64,000 nucleotides of DNA. Source: an uncultured Actinomycetota bacterium. GTDB lineage: Bacteria; Actinomycetota; Actinomycetes; Actinomycetales; Dermatophilaceae. Location: positions 195,585-259,584 of the forward strand of contig CAWEDC010000015.1 of assembly GCA_963807825.1 (NCBI GenBank). Direction: 5' to 3'. Made by a program: the position numbers and the translations under genes. Below the pieces are notes generated by a model. That model had not been told where the DNA came from. It did not search any database and saw only the letters and a program-made list of their open reading frames with translations. Within the stretch, counting starts at the first letter, position 1, and each line of letters opens with the position of its first letter. Positions 22,530 through 37,143 of the stretch are shown piece by piece.

Positions 22530-23510
22530 TCAGGAGTCGAGCATGTCCGGCGTGAGATCGGCGTCGGTGCCGGGGAGCCCCATGTCTTCGGCCCGCTTGT
22601 CAGCCATCGCCAGAAGGCGCCGGATGCGACCGGCGACAGCGTCCTTGGTCATCGCCGGCTGGGCCAGCTGCCCGAGCTCCTCGAGGGAGGCCTGCTTGTG
22701 CTGAAGACGCAGCTGCCCGGCCTCGCGCAGGTGGTCAGGGATGTCGTCGCCGAGGATCTCCAGAGCGCGTCCGACCCGTGAACCCGCGGCCACCGCCGCG
22801 CGGGCGGAACGGCGCAGGTTGGCGTCGTCGAAGTTGGCGAGACGGTTGGCGGTGGCTCGCACCTCGCGGCGCATGCGGCGTTCCTCCCAGGCGAGCACGG
22901 CGTCGTGGGCACCGAGTCGGGTGAGCATGGCGCCGATGGCGTCACCGTCACGGATGACCACACGGTCGATGCCGCGCACCTCACGAGCCTTGGCCTGGAT
23001 GCCCAGCCGACGCGCGGCGCCGACGAGGGCCAGCGCCGCTTCGGGTCCCGGGCAGGTCAACTCCAGAGCCGAGGAGCGGCCGGGCTCGGTCAGAGAGCCG
23101 TGCGCGATGAACGCACCACGCCACGCTGCCTCGGCGTCGCACACGGAGCCGGACACGACCTTGGGCGGCAGACCACGGACCGGGCGGCCGCGGCCGTCGA
23201 TGAGTCCGGTCTGTCGAGCCAGTGCCTCGCCGTCCTGGACGACGCGCACGACGTAGCGACTCCCCTTGCGCAGTCCGCCAGCAGCGAGCACGAGCACCTC
23301 GGGCGTCTGCCCGTAGAGCTCGTGGATCTCGCGCCGCAGCCGACGCGCAGCGTTTGCCGTGTCGAGCTCAGCCTCGACGACGATGCGTCCCCCAATGATG
23401 TGCAGCCCGCCCGCGAACCGGAGCGTGGCAGCCACCTCAGACTTGCGGCAGCAGGGCTTGGTCACCTCGTGGCGGCTGAGTTCGTCCTTCACCTTCGCCG
23501 TCATTGCCAT
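22530..23510 (-). CDS. whiA: DNA-binding protein WhiA
   Basis: [35 protein letters not shown]; conserved rapZ-yvcK-whiA order. Confidence 0.95.
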   Translation of the reverse strand: MAMTAKVKDELSRHEVTKPCCRKSEVAATLRFAGGLHIIGGRIVVEAELDTANAARRLRREIHELYGQTPEVLVLAAGGLRKGSRYVVRVVQDGEALARQTGLIDGRGRPVRGLPPKVVSGSVCDAEAAWRGAFIAHGSLTEPGRSSALELTCPGPEAALALVGAARRLGIQAKAREVRGIDRVVIRDGDAIGAMLTRLGAHDAVLAWEERRMRREVRATANRLANFDDANLRRSARAAVAAGSRVGRALEILGDDIPDHLREAGQLRLQHKQASLEELGQLAQPAMTKDAVAGRIRRLLAMADKRAEDMGLPGTDADLTPDMLDS

Positions 23511-23533
23511 GCCGGTCATCCTGCCACGCGTCA

Positions 23534-24487
23534 TCAGGGGCGGCGTCCTGAGCCGAGAACGTCCTGCAGTGCCGCGGCCAACCGGAGCCGGTCGTGCTCC
23601 TTGGGTGACGTGGAGACGGCGACCCGGTGGATGTGCAGCTCGGCGCCGAGGGCACGGCAGGCGGCGGCAAGTTCCGCCTCGTCGTCGACGACGGAGGGGT
23701 CGGCGAGGACGGCGTCGAGCCGAATGCCCGGCGCATGTGCCGCGAACGACTCGAGGTGGTGGATGGCGCGGAACCCGGCGGTCTCGTTGGTCACCATCTC
23801 GAGGTTGAGGACGAGCAGCCTCTGGGCACGGGTCACGGCCAACGCCTCGGCGAGGTCGGGGACGAGGAGGTGCGGCATCACGGAGGTGAACCACGAGCCG
23901 GGGCCGAGGACGATCCAGTCCGCCGCCCTGATGGCCGCGATCGATTCGGGGTATGCCGGTGGGCTGGCTGGGACGAGCCGCAGATCGTGCACCTTGCCCC
24001 TGGTCGTGGCGACCTGGGCCTGCCCACGCACCAGGGTCATCGCGTCGGGCTCCCGCGGATCTGCCCCCACCACGTCGGCCTCGATGTCGAGCGGCACGGA
24101 GGCCATCGGAAGGACCCGCCCCCGGGCGTTGAGCAGCCGGCCGACGAGCTCGAGGCCGGCGACCGGGTCCTCGTGCAGCTCCCAGAGGGCGACGATCAGC
24201 AGGTTGCCGAGGGCGTGCCCGCCGAGCGGCCCGGTCCCCTCGAAGCGGTGCTGCAGGACGTCACGCCAGGTGTGTCCCCACTCCGTCTCCTCACAGAGCG
24301 CAGAGAGCGCCATGCGCAGGTCGCCCGGAGGCAGGACACCGAACTCGCCGCGCAGTCGCCCCGAGGACCCGCCGTTGTCGGCGACGGTGACGATCGCGGT
24401 GATCTCGTCGGTGACGAAGCGCAACGCGGCAAGGGACGCCGCCAGGCCGTGCCCACCACCGAGGGCAGCAACGACGGGGCCACTCAC
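23534..24487 (-). CDS. yvcK: YvcK/GlmR (CofD-like) UDP-GlcNAc-binding protein
   Basis: [34 protein letters not shown]. Confidence 0.92.
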   Translation of the reverse strand: MSGPVVAALGGGHGLAASLAALRFVTDEITAIVTVADNGGSSGRLRGEFGVLPPGDLRMALSALCEETEWGHTWRDVLQHRFEGTGPLGGHALGNLLIVALWELHEDPVAGLELVGRLLNARGRVLPMASVPLDIEADVVGADPREPDAMTLVRGQAQVATTRGKVHDLRLVPASPPAYPESIAAIRAADWIVLGPGSWFTSVMPHLLVPDLAEALAVTRAQRLLVLNLEMVTNETAGFRAIHHLESFAAHAPGIRLDAVLADPSVVDDEAELAAACRALGAELHIHRVAVSTSPKEHDRLRLAAALQDVLGSGRRP

Positions 24488-25397
24488 TCGCGCCCCAGGT
24501 CACGGTGGACGAGGAAGGTTTCGATGCGGTCCGAGCTCAACCGTTCGGCCAGCGCCTCGGCCATGGCCACGGAGCGGTGCTTGCCGCCGGTGCACCCGAT
24601 CGCGAGGGTGACGTAGCGCCGCCCCTCGGAGTGATAGCCCCGGGTCACGGGCTCCATGAGCGTCGACGACCCGGTCGAGGAACTCCCCGTGCGTCGCTCT
24701 GGCCCAGGACGTGGGCGGACACCTCGGGGTCGCGCCCGTCGAGCGATCGCAGCTCGGGCACCCAGAACGGGTTGGGCAGGAAGCGCATGTCGAAGACGAA
24801 GTCGGCATCGAGCGGGACGCCGTACTTGAAACCGAAGGACAGCAGGGCAAGTCGCAACGACGGTCCGCCGCCGCTTCCGAACAGCGGGGCGACCTTGCGC
24901 GCGAGCTGGTGCACGTTGAGGCCGGAGGTGTCGACGACGATCTGGGCCCGCGATCGCAGGTCGCGCAGGATCTCGCGTTCGTGCTGGATGCCGTCGAGCA
25001 GTCGGCCCTCGCCCTGGAGCGGATGGGGTCGGCGCACCGACTCGAAGCGCCGCACGAGCGCCTCGTCGGTGGCGTCGAGGAACAACAGCTGGGGCGTCCA
25101 ACCGGTCGCCTTGAGGTGCTGGGCGGCGTCCTCGAACGCGGTGAAGAAGTGCTTGCTCCGCACGTCGACGACCGCGGCGATCTTGATCTCGCGGCCCTCG
25201 GCGCGCGCCTGGTTGCCGAGCTCGGCCATCGACACGAGCAGCTGCGGCGGCAGGTTGTCGACGACGTACCAGCCCTGGTCCTCCATGACGTTGGCCGTCG
25301 TGGAGCGCCCGGCCCCACTCATGCCGGTGACGATGACGAAGTCGGCACCGGCCGCCGCGACGGGCTCCGGGGCGTCGGGGACGGGACTCTCAGGCAT
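24484..25397 (-). CDS. rapZ: RNase adapter RapZ (YvcJ), frameshifted near 24660-24700
   Basis: TGMSGAGRS, VDNLPP, RRPHPL, SFGFKYG, GCTGGKHRSV. Confidence 0.92.
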
Positions 25398-27347
25398 TGC
25401 TGCCCCTCTCGTCGTCGAGGATCTCGCCGGTCATGAGATTGACCGTGGGTTCTGCGGGTGCGCCGGTCAGCTCGCGCTGAATCGTCTCTGCCAGCGTAGG
25501 TCCGATTCCCTTGACTTCACCGAGTTCGTCCAAGGTCGCGGCCCGGATCCGCTTGACCGAGCCGAAGTGCCGCAGAAGCGACTTCTGCTTCACGTCACCC
25601 AGACCGGGTATGCCGTCCAGTGCCGAGTTCGTCATGGCCTTGCTCCGCCGTTGGCGGTGGAAGGTGATGGCGAACCGGTGTGCCTCGTCGCGCAGCCGTT
25701 GGAGGAGGTAGAGCCCCTCGCTGGTGCGGGGCAGGACGATCGGGAAGTCCTGACCGGGCACCCAGACCTCCTCGAGGCGCTTGGCGAGCCCGACGACCGC
25801 GACGTCGACGATGCCGAGGTCCTCGATCGCGCGCGCTGCGGCATTGACCTGGGGCAGGCCACCGTCGACGACGACGAGCTGCGGCGGATAGGCGAATCGC
25901 GTTGGCCTGCCTGTCTCCTCGTCACGCCCCTGCGGCTCGTCACGGTCCTTGAGGTAGCGGCGGAATCGACGCGTGAGCACCTCGTGCATCGCGGCGGTGT
26001 CGTCCGTGTGCACCCGTGTCCTCGTCGCCGCGCACGATGAACCGGCGGTACTCGCCCTTGCGCGGCGAGCCCGTCCTCGAAGACGACCATGGACCCGACG
26101 ACCTGGGTCCCCTGGACGTGGCTGATGTCGTAGCACTCGATGCGCAGCGGCGACTCGTCGAGGGCGAGGAACTCCTGAAGCTGCTGCAGCGCCTGCGAAC
26201 GTGCCGTGAGGTCGCCGGCCCGGGCGACCTTGTGCCGGGCCAGGCTCTGGGTGGCGTTGCGCTCGACCGTCTCCATGAGGGTCTTCTTGTCACCGCGCTG
26301 GGGCACGCGCAGGTCGACGCGACTCCCCCGCAGACCGGACAGCCACTCGCTCATCGAGTCGGCGTCGTCGGGCAGCACGGGCACGAGGACCTCGCGCGGC
26401 ACGGACTCGCCCTCCTCGCCGCCATAGAGCTGCTGGAGGAGGTGACCGACCACCTCGGGCACGGTCTCGAACTCCTTCTCGGCGACCCACCCGCGCTGCC
26501 CACGGATGCGGCCGCCGCGGACGTGGAAGACCTGCACCGCGACCTCGAGCTCGTCGTCGGCGAGGGCGAACACGTCGGCGTCGGTGCCGTCGCCGAACAC
26601 GACGGCCGACTTCTCGAGCACCCGCTGCAGCGCGCCGATGTCGTCGCGCAACCGGGCCGCCGTCTCGAACTCCAGCTCGTCCGACGCGTCGCGCATCTGC
26701 CGCTCGAGCCGCTTCATGAACTTCGTGCTCTCCCCGGCCATGAAGTCGCAGAACTCCTCGGCGATCTGCCGGTGGGCATCGGGGTCGACCCGCCCGACAC
26801 AGGGCGCCGAGCACTTGTCGATGTAGCCGAGCAGACACGGTCGCCCGACCTGGCTGGCCCGCTTGAACACGCCGGTCGAGCAGGTGCGGATCGGGAAGAC
26901 GCGCAGGGCCTGGTCGAGCGTCTCGCGGATCGCCCACGCATGCGCGTAGGGCCCGAAGTAGCGCGTCCCCTTGCGTTTGGCACCGCGCATCACCTGGGCA
27001 CGAGGGAACTCCTCGCCCATCGTCACCGCGAGGTAGGGGTACGACTTGTCGTCGCGGTACTTGACGTTGAAGCGCGGGTCGAACTCCTTGATCCAGGAGT
27101 ACTCGAGCTGGAGCGCCTCGACCTCGGTGAGGACGGTGGTCCACTCGACGCTCGCGCCGGCCATGACCATCGACGCCGTGCGCGGGTGCAGCATCCCGAC
27201 GTCCTGGAAGTAGGACGACAGCCGCGGGCGCAGCGACTTCGCCTTGCCGACGTAGATGACGCGCCCGTCCTTGTCCCGGAACCGGTAGACACCCGGATCG
27301 GTCGGGATCTCTCCCGGCCGGGGACGGTACGTCGACGGATGAGCCAC
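25390..27347 (-). CDS. uvrC: Excinuclease ABC subunit C, frameshifted near 26000-26070
   Basis: GVY...[15 protein letters not shown] domain, [19 protein letters not shown], HhH tail. Confidence 0.95.
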
Positions 27348-27353
27348 GCCCCA

Positions 27354-27375
27354 ACCCTAGGACGCGGCACCGTCA
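27354..27375 (-). promoter_or_regulatory. RecA-NDp/PafBC-type promoter of uvrC
   Basis: TGACGGTG-N8-TAGGGT, then 6 nt to GTG start. Confidence 0.65.
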
Positions 27376-27443
27376 GTCCCGAACGGGACCACACGGCATA
27401 CGCCGTCGTGGTCCCGTCCACCAGACGCAGGTATGCCGCGTGC

Positions 27444-27938
27444 CTACGTGACGCTGATGCCGTCGGCTCCCACGGTCACCGACTTCGTGGGCAGTCCGGA
27501 GGTGGCCGGGCCGCTCTTCACGTCGCCGGTGGCGATGTCGAACTTGCTGCCGTGGCACGCGCAGTTGATCGTGCCGTCCGCAACGCCCGGACACGGTGCA
27601 GCCCTGGTGGGTGCACACGGCGGAGAACGCCTTGTACTCACCGGCGGTGGGCTGGGTGATGACGACCTTGGCCGAGTCGATGATCTTGCCGCCGCCCACG
27701 GGGATGTCCGCCTTCTTGGCGAGGTCCTTCACCGCGCCCGCTGCACCGGTGGCGCGCCGAGGACGCCGACGTCGGCGACGTCGGCGACGTCGTCCGCGCT
27801 CGCGCCACAGGCCGTCAGGCCGGCGCCGGCGATGGCGACCACACCGGCCGCGCGCAGGGCCTCGCGCCGGCCGCAGCAAGCCATCGGTGAGGCGGCGTTG
27901 TCGGTCGTTGCGTCGTGGGTGTCCAGTGCTTCTGCCAT
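27444..27938 (-). CDS. Tat-exported Rieske [2Fe-2S] lipoprotein (frameshifted)
   Basis: GRREALR...LTAC signal; CTHQGC and CACHGSKFD motifs in different frames. Confidence 0.85.
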
Positions 27939-28020
27939 GGTCCTCAACCTTTCGTCCTGCTTCAGTTCGTACGGTCCCGCGCCAGTATGCCGATGGTTCC
28001 TGTTCCCTGCCTGTGGGGAT

Positions 28021-28038
28021 TGCACAAGAAACTGTGCA
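28021..28038. promoter_or_regulatory. Palindromic operator candidate upstream of liv operon
   Basis: TGCACA-agaaac-TGTGCA. Confidence 0.4.
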
Positions 28039-28181
28039 CTTCGGCCTTGGTAACGACTCGGCACAATCTCTTGCAACGTGCCCGGATTCGGGGTTCTGCG
28101 TGGATATTGTTCGCCGTGCTCGCACACCCGTCGCGAGCTCCTCGGCACATCGCCGCGGGAGAAGAAGTTTCAGGAGGAAAC

Positions 28182-29407
28182 GTGGCTCAGCGTTCCGTCA
28201 TGACCATGGGTGCATCCCTACTGGTGGCCTCGATCGCACTTGCCGGATGTGGCTCCCGCGGCGACGACACCACCACGACGACGCTGGCGGTGCCAAGGTC
28301 GTCAAGATCGCCGTCATCGCCCCCCTTTCGGGCAGCTTGTCCGCACTCGGACTCGGCATCCAGCATTCGGTTGAACTGGCCGCCAAGCAGGCCAACGACT
28401 CCAAGGCCCTCGGGGACTGGAAGATCGAGGTCGTCGCCAAGGACGACGAGGCCAAGCCGGACGTTGGCAAGAACGCCGCCACCGCTGTCGCGGCCGACAA
28501 GTCCATCGTGGCCGTCGTGGGCACGCTCAACTCCGGTGTCGCCCAGCAGACCCAGCCCATCCTCGCCGCGGCGAAGATCGCCCAGGTCTCCCCGGCCAAC
28601 ACCAACCCGGCTCTCACCATCGGTGCCGACGCGAAGGCCCCGAAGCGTCTGTACCCGAACTACTTCCGGACCTGCACCACGGACGCGATCCAGGGTCCGT
28701 TCGCGGCGCAGTACCTTCTCGGTGCCGGCATCAAGAAGGTCGCAACCATCCACGACAAGCAGCCCTACGGCCAGGGTCTCGTCGAGGCGTTCACTGCGGA
28801 GTTCGTCAAGGGCGGCGGAGAGGTCGTTGCCGCAGAAACGGTTGCCACGAAGGAAAACGGTGGCAACAACGACTTCAACGACGTGATCACCAAGCTCAAG
28901 CCCAAGGCGCCCGGTGCGATCTACTACGGCGGTCAGTACCCCGAGGCGGGCCCACTGTCCCTGCAGCTCAAGAACGCGGGTGTCACGGCTCCGCTCATGG
29001 GTGGCGACGGGATCTTCGACCCGGAGTTCGTCAAGCTGGCTGGCGGGAAGAACGACGGTGACCTCGCGACCTCCGTGGGCGCTCCCACGGACAGCACGGA
29101 CGCGGGCAAGAAGTTCCTCACCGAGTACGCGGCTGCGTCCTACAAGGAGCCGGCCGCTGCATACGGCGGGTACTCCTACGACGCGGCCAACGCGATCATC
29201 AACGCCCTCAAGGTGTCCCTGAAGGACGCCAAGGACGTCGAGTCCGCACGCCAGGCGACGATCGACGCACTCGGCAAGGTCGAGTTCGACGGAGTCACGG
29301 GCAAGGTTGCCTTCGACGAGTACGGCGACAGCAAGACCAAGGTGCTCACTGCCTACAAGGTCACCGCTGGCGCCTTCGCCGCCGACAAGACGGCCGAGTT
29401 CAAGTAA
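28182..29407 (+). CDS. livK: Branched-chain amino acid ABC substrate-binding lipoprotein (frameshift near 28280)
   Basis: AGGAGG RBS, LAGC lipobox, IAVIAPLSG, YFRTCTTDAIQG. Confidence 0.85.
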
Positions 29408-29419
29408 GCCAGCATGAGT

Positions 29420-29457
29420 GAGCGGTGCGGGGGTGTGAAGGCACTCCCGCACCGCTC
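29420..29457 (+). terminator. Stem-loop after SBP gene (attenuator or mRNA stabiliser)
   Basis: gagcggtgcggg ... cccgcaccgctc arms. Confidence 0.6.
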
Positions 29458-29538
29458 TATGCTCCCTGGAGACTTCCCTCGAAATCTCGATGCTCACTCG
29501 TTCGCGCGACACCCGGCACAGAATCACGTGAGGTTGGC

Positions 29539-30459
29539 ATGACGCTTCTGCAGCAACTCGTCAACGGGCTGACAGTCGGCTCCTTGTACGCCCTGATCGC
29601 GGTTGGCTACACAGTGGTCTACGGCATTGTCCAGTTGATCAACTTCGCTCACGGCGAGGTCTTCATGATCGGTGCATTCGGCGGTCTCGCGACGTGGACC
29701 CTGTTCTTCCGCGATGTCACTGCCATCTGGGTCCTACCGATCATGCTTCTCGGGGCAGTGATCAGCGCGGTCCTCATCGCGATCGCGATGGAGCGGTTCG
29801 CGTACAGGCCATTACGCAACGCACCACGGTTGGCGCCCCTCATCACCGCTATCGGTGTGTCGGTCTTCCTCCAAGAGGCGATTCGCCTGTTCTACCCCGG
29901 CGCGAAGAGCCCACTCTTCTTCCCTCAGATCGACCACGTGACCGGACGGGCCTTCGAGATCGGTGGCCTGACGATTGGTCGGGCGTCGATCTTCACTGTG
30001 GGCTCACTCGTCGCTTGTTCCGTGCTGCTCTGGTGGTTCATCAACCGCACCACGACCGGCCGTGGTATGCAGGCCGTGTCGCAGGACCCGGACACTGCAC
30101 GCTTGATGGGCATCAACGTCGACCGGATCATCGTCATCGCGTTCGCGCTCGGTGCCGTCCTTGCGGGTATCGCAGGAATTGCCCAAGGGCTGCAGACCAA
30201 CAACATCAGCTCCATCATGGGATTCACGGCCGGGCTCAAGGCCTTCACGGCGGCCGTGCTCGGGGGCATCGGCAACGTTGCCGGAGCCGTCGTCGGCGGG
30301 CTCGTCCTCGGCGTCGCCGAAGCCATGGCGACCCAGTTCATCCCCGGCCAGTTCGGAGGATCCGCGTGGAAGGACGTCTGGGCCTTCGTACTCCTCATCA
30401 TCGTCCTCGTCTTCCGACCACAGGGCCTGCTTGGAGCAAGGGTGGTGGACCGCGCATGA
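29539..30459 (+). CDS. livH: BCAA ABC permease
   Basis: QQLVNGL, INFAHGE, KAFTAAVLGGIG, RPQGLLG. Confidence 0.93.
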   Translation: MTLLQQLVNGLTVGSLYALIAVGYTVVYGIVQLINFAHGEVFMIGAFGGLATWTLFFRDVTAIWVLPIMLLGAVISAVLIAIAMERFAYRPLRNAPRLAPLITAIGVSVFLQEAIRLFYPGAKSPLFFPQIDHVTGRAFEIGGLTIGRASIFTVGSLVACSVLLWWFINRTTTGRGMQAVSQDPDTARLMGINVDRIIVIAFALGAVLAGIAGIAQGLQTNNISSIMGFTAGLKAFTAAVLGGIGNVAGAVVGGLVLGVAEAMATQFIPGQFGGSAWKDVWAFVLLIIVLVFRPQGLLGARVVDRA

Positions 30460-32207
30460 GCGCCATCGACACCACTCCGCTGGAGCGGGACCCCTCGATC
30501 TCCGCGACGATCAGCCGCAGCTGGGCAGGGTTCCGCAGTTCACTGACACCCCTCTCGTTCCCTCTGGTCCTCGTCGGCGCGGCGCTGCTCTTGGCGGGGT
30601 GCTTCCTGTCCTGGAGTTACGTCGGAGATGTCCTGGGTGACCTCTCCATCAACTTCTACCCGGGCGCCGTTCAACTCTTCATGGTCTTCACAGCCGTCCT
30701 GGCGGGGCTTCTCGTGCTGGTTCACCGCGGGGTGATTCCGCGACTGGGTGAATGGTTGGACACCGCATCGGCCCTGCGCGCCCTGAGCATCGGATCCTTC
30801 GCCTACATGGTCGGAGCCATCGCCCTGATCGCCTGGCGTTCAGGTGGGCTGATCAACATCAACCCCGGCGGCTGGCTCTCGTTGGTGGGAAGTCTCGTCC
30901 TGCTTCTGGGCGGTCTTGGACTGGTCTCCAACCAGACGCGCGACATCCTGCGTGCCAAACTTCCGAGCTGGATCGGGATCCTCGCCATCGTCGTACTGAT
31001 GGCCACCGCCCTGTTCGGGGCGGCATACATACTCGGCATCGAGGACAGCGACGTCTTCCTGCTCGTCGTGTTGTTCACGGCGTTCACCGTGACGGCCTTG
31101 GTCAAGTCAGGGTTCTTCGTCTGGATCAGTCTGATCGCTCAGGTCAACAGCCACGTCCTCACCTTGGGTGCTTTCGCGGTGGCGTTCCTGTTCCCATTCA
31201 CCCAGGACGGGTCGGACGCCAACATGTCCATCGCGACCCAGGTCCTGATCTTCGCAGTCACGGCCCTCGGCCTGAACATCGTTGTCGGCCTCGCGGGTCT
31301 TCTCGACCTCGGCTACATCGCCTTCCTCGGTGCTGGCGCCTTTGTGGCTGCGACGCTGTCCACATCGGCCTTTGCGACCATCGGCTGGAAACCTCCGTTT
31401 CTTGTGGTCGTCCTGGTCGGGGCTGTGGTCTCGGCGACGCTGGGGCTCATCATTGGCACGCCGACCTTGCGAGTCTCGGGCGACTACCTGGCCATCGTGA
31501 CTCTCGCCTTCGGTGAGATCTTCCGGATTGCCATGAGCAACCTCGATGGCACCACCGGGCCGGACCTCACGAACGGACCCAGCGGCATCCCAGCGATCCC
31601 GGATCTGGGAGTCGGGTCCTTCAACTTCGGTGACAGCCACAACGTCCTCGGGATCGAGCTGGGGAGGTATGCGAACTACTACTTCCTCCTCCTGCTCCTG
31701 GCCGCGTTCGTCATCCTCGTCTTCACACGGCTCAACAACAGCCGCATCGGACGCGGCTGGATTGCCATCCGCGAGGACGAGAAGGCCGCCGAGGCCATGG
31801 GTGTCAACGTCTTCGGCCTCAAGTTGTTCGCCTTCGCCAGTGGCGCGTTCCTCGCAGGCCTCGCAGGGACGGTCAAGGCGCACCAAGACGTGTCGGTCAC
31901 CCCGGAGCAGTACGTCTTCCTCGAGTCCGCCTTCCTGCTCGCGGCGATCGTCCTTGGTGGCATGGGCACCGTTGCCGGTGTTCTCGTGGGAGCCACGATC
32001 CTCAAGCTCCTGCCGGAGAAGTTGCGCTTCATGTCCGACTATCGTCTGCTGCTCTTCGGACTGCTGCTGATCCTCATGATGCGGTGGCGTCCTGAGGGTT
32101 TGGTTGCCAGTCAGCGGCGCAAACTCGAGTTCCATGAGGACGACGAGGAGCTCGCCGAACGTTTACAAGAAGTCCACCTTGTCGAGGAGAAGGAGGCCAA
32201 GGCATGA
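30456..32207 (+). CDS. livM: BCAA ABC permease with N-terminal membrane extension
   Basis: GLNIVVGLAGLLDLGY, GDYLAIVTLAFGEI, AIREDE. Confidence 0.92.
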   Translation: MSAIDTTPLERDPSISATISRSWAGFRSSLTPLSFPLVLVGAALLLAGCFLSWSYVGDVLGDLSINFYPGAVQLFMVFTAVLAGLLVLVHRGVIPRLGEWLDTASALRALSIGSFAYMVGAIALIAWRSGGLININPGGWLSLVGSLVLLLGGLGLVSNQTRDILRAKLPSWIGILAIVVLMATALFGAAYILGIEDSDVFLLVVLFTAFTVTALVKSGFFVWISLIAQVNSHVLTLGAFAVAFLFPFTQDGSDANMSIATQVLIFAVTALGLNIVVGLAGLLDLGYIAFLGAGAFVAATLSTSAFATIGWKPPFLVVVLVGAVVSATLGLIIGTPTLRVSGDYLAIVTLAFGEIFRIAMSNLDGTTGPDLTNGPSGIPAIPDLGVGSFNFGDSHNVLGIELGRYANYYFLLLLLAAFVILVFTRLNNSRIGRGWIAIREDEKAAEAMGVNVFGLKLFAFASGAFLAGLAGTVKAHQDVSVTPEQYVFLESAFLLAAIVLGGMGTVAGVLVGATILKLLPEKLRFMSDYRLLLFGLLLILMMRWRPEGLVASQRRKLEFHEDDEELAERLQEVHLVEEKEAKA

Positions 32208-33040
32208 CCATGACCGACACGCCGGCCGTTCCCGGAACACCGGCTCCAGAACTCGTGGCGGTCCTCGAGGCCCGTGGCGTAACGATGCGCTTCGGCGGCC
32301 TGACGGCTGTCAAGGACGTCAACCTCACCGTCAACGAGGGTGAGATCGTCGGACTCATCGGCCCCAACGGGGCCGGTAAGACGACGTTCTTCAACTGCCT
32401 CACCGGCCTCTACAAGCCAACCGAGGGTGAAGTTCGCCTCATGGGTTCGGTGATCCCGCCCAAGCCACGGGCCGTTGTCCTCGCCGGCATGGCGCGCACC
32501 TTCCAGAACATCCGTCTTTTCGCCAACATGACAGCGCTCGAAAACGTCATGGTCGGCCGCTACTGCCGAACAAGCTCGATGGCGCTGACATCGGTGCTGC
32601 GCGGACCAAAGTTTCGTCGCGAAGAAGCCGAGACACGGGCTCGGGCCCAGGAGTTGCTCGAGTTCGTCGGTCTTGGCAAGTCAGCCGAAATCCTCGCCCG
32701 CAACATGCCCTACGGCGACCAGAGACGTCTCGAGATCGCTCGTGCGCTTGCTACAGACCCCAAAGTCATCCTTCTCGATGAGCCGACGGCCGGCATGAAC
32801 CCGCAGGAGACGAAGCAGGCCAGCGAGCTCATTTTCCGGATCCGCGACAGCGGCCTGGCGGTGGTCGTCATCGAGCACGACATGCGGTTCATCTTCAACC
32901 TCTGTGACCGAGTCCTGTGTCTGGTCCGAGGAGAGCTCCTCGTCGAGGGGTCCCCCGCCGAGGTGCAAGGTGACCCGCGAGTCATCGAGGCCTACATCGG
33001 CGGCGGAACGACCGACGAGGACGAGGAGGAGGTCGGATGA
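32204..33040 (+). CDS. livG: BCAA ABC ATPase
   Basis: GPNGAGKTT, RTFQNIRLF, LDEPTAGMN. Confidence 0.95.
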   Translation: MTMTDTPAVPGTPAPELVAVLEARGVTMRFGGLTAVKDVNLTVNEGEIVGLIGPNGAGKTTFFNCLTGLYKPTEGEVRLMGSVIPPKPRAVVLAGMARTFQNIRLFANMTALENVMVGRYCRTSSMALTSVLRGPKFRREEAETRARAQELLEFVGLGKSAEILARNMPYGDQRRLEIARALATDPKVILLDEPTAGMNPQETKQASELIFRIRDSGLAVVVIEHDMRFIFNLCDRVLCLVRGELLVEGSPAEVQGDPRVIEAYIGGGTTDEDEEEVG

Positions 33041-33750
33041 CCGCCATGCTGGAAGTCAGGGACCTCGAGGTCTCCTACGGAAAGATCCTGGCTGTCAAGG
33101 GCATCTCCTTCTCGGTGGGCGAGGGCGAGGTGGTCAGCCTCATCGGCACCAACGGCGCAGGCAAGACGACGACCTTGCGGACCATTTCCGGCCTGCTCCA
33201 GCCCTCCGCTGGTGAGATCCGGTTCCAGGGCAAGCGGCTCAACGGCATCCCTGCCCACGAGATCGTGACCTTGGGAATCGCACACTCACCAGAAGGTCGT
33301 CGCATCTTCCCGCGCCTGACCGTCGAGGCAAACCTTCGGCTGGGCGCCTTCACCCGCAAGGATTCGGGTGTCGAGAACGACCTGGAGGCGGCCTACGACC
33401 TCTTCCCGATCCTGCGTGAGCGGAGCAAGCAGCCGGCCGGTACGTTCTCCGGTGGTGAACAGCAGATGCTCGCGATGGGCCGAGCCATGATGAGCCGCCC
33501 GAAGCTCCTCATGCTCGACGAGCCCTCCATGGGCCTGTCACCGATCATGATGAAGCGGATCATGTCAACGGTCTCGACCTTGCAGTCTCAGGGAACGACG
33601 ATCCTGCTCGTCGAGCAGAACGCCCAAGCCGCCTTGCAGCGGGCCAACCACGGCTACGTGCTGGAGGTCGGCAAGATCGTCCTCAAGGGCACCGGCAAGG
33701 AGCTCCTCGAGAGCGACGACGTCCGCAAGGCCTACCTCGGCGAAGACTGA
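33037..33750 (+). CDS. livF: BCAA ABC ATPase
   Basis: GTNGAGKTT, PEGRRIF, SGGEQQML, VEQNA. Confidence 0.95.
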   Translation: MTAMLEVRDLEVSYGKILAVKGISFSVGEGEVVSLIGTNGAGKTTTLRTISGLLQPSAGEIRFQGKRLNGIPAHEIVTLGIAHSPEGRRIFPRLTVEANLRLGAFTRKDSGVENDLEAAYDLFPILRERSKQPAGTFSGGEQQMLAMGRAMMSRPKLLMLDEPSMGLSPIMMKRIMSTVSTLQSQGTTILLVEQNAQAALQRANHGYVLEVGKIVLKGTGKELLESDDVRKAYLGED

Positions 33751-33759
33751 CCGCCGACA

Positions 33760-33823
33760 AGCAGTTGAGAGTAGAAGAAGTCCCGCCTCCTTCGAGGCGG
33801 GACTTCTTCTACTCTCAACTGCT
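33760..33823. terminator. Bidirectional terminator with 30-bp perfect stem
   Basis: agcagttgagagtagaagaagtcccgcctc-cttc-gaggcgggacttcttctactctcaactgct between convergent livF and uvrA. Confidence 0.85.
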
Positions 33824-33856
33824 CACATAACGGACCGGGTATGCCGCCCCCTCGCC

Positions 33857-37062
<3,206 letters not shown>

Positions 37063-37069
37063 GTTCACC

Positions 37070-37091
37070 ATGCTAGGTGTCGCCACCGACA
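37070..37091 (-). promoter_or_regulatory. RecA-NDp/PafBC-type promoter of uvrA
   Basis: TGTCGGTG-N8-TAGCAT, in-frame GTG 7 nt downstream. Confidence 0.8.
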
Positions 37092-37143
37092 GCCCCTGAC
37101 GAACACTCCGCGCGCCACCTCACACGCCCCTACAGTGACAAGC

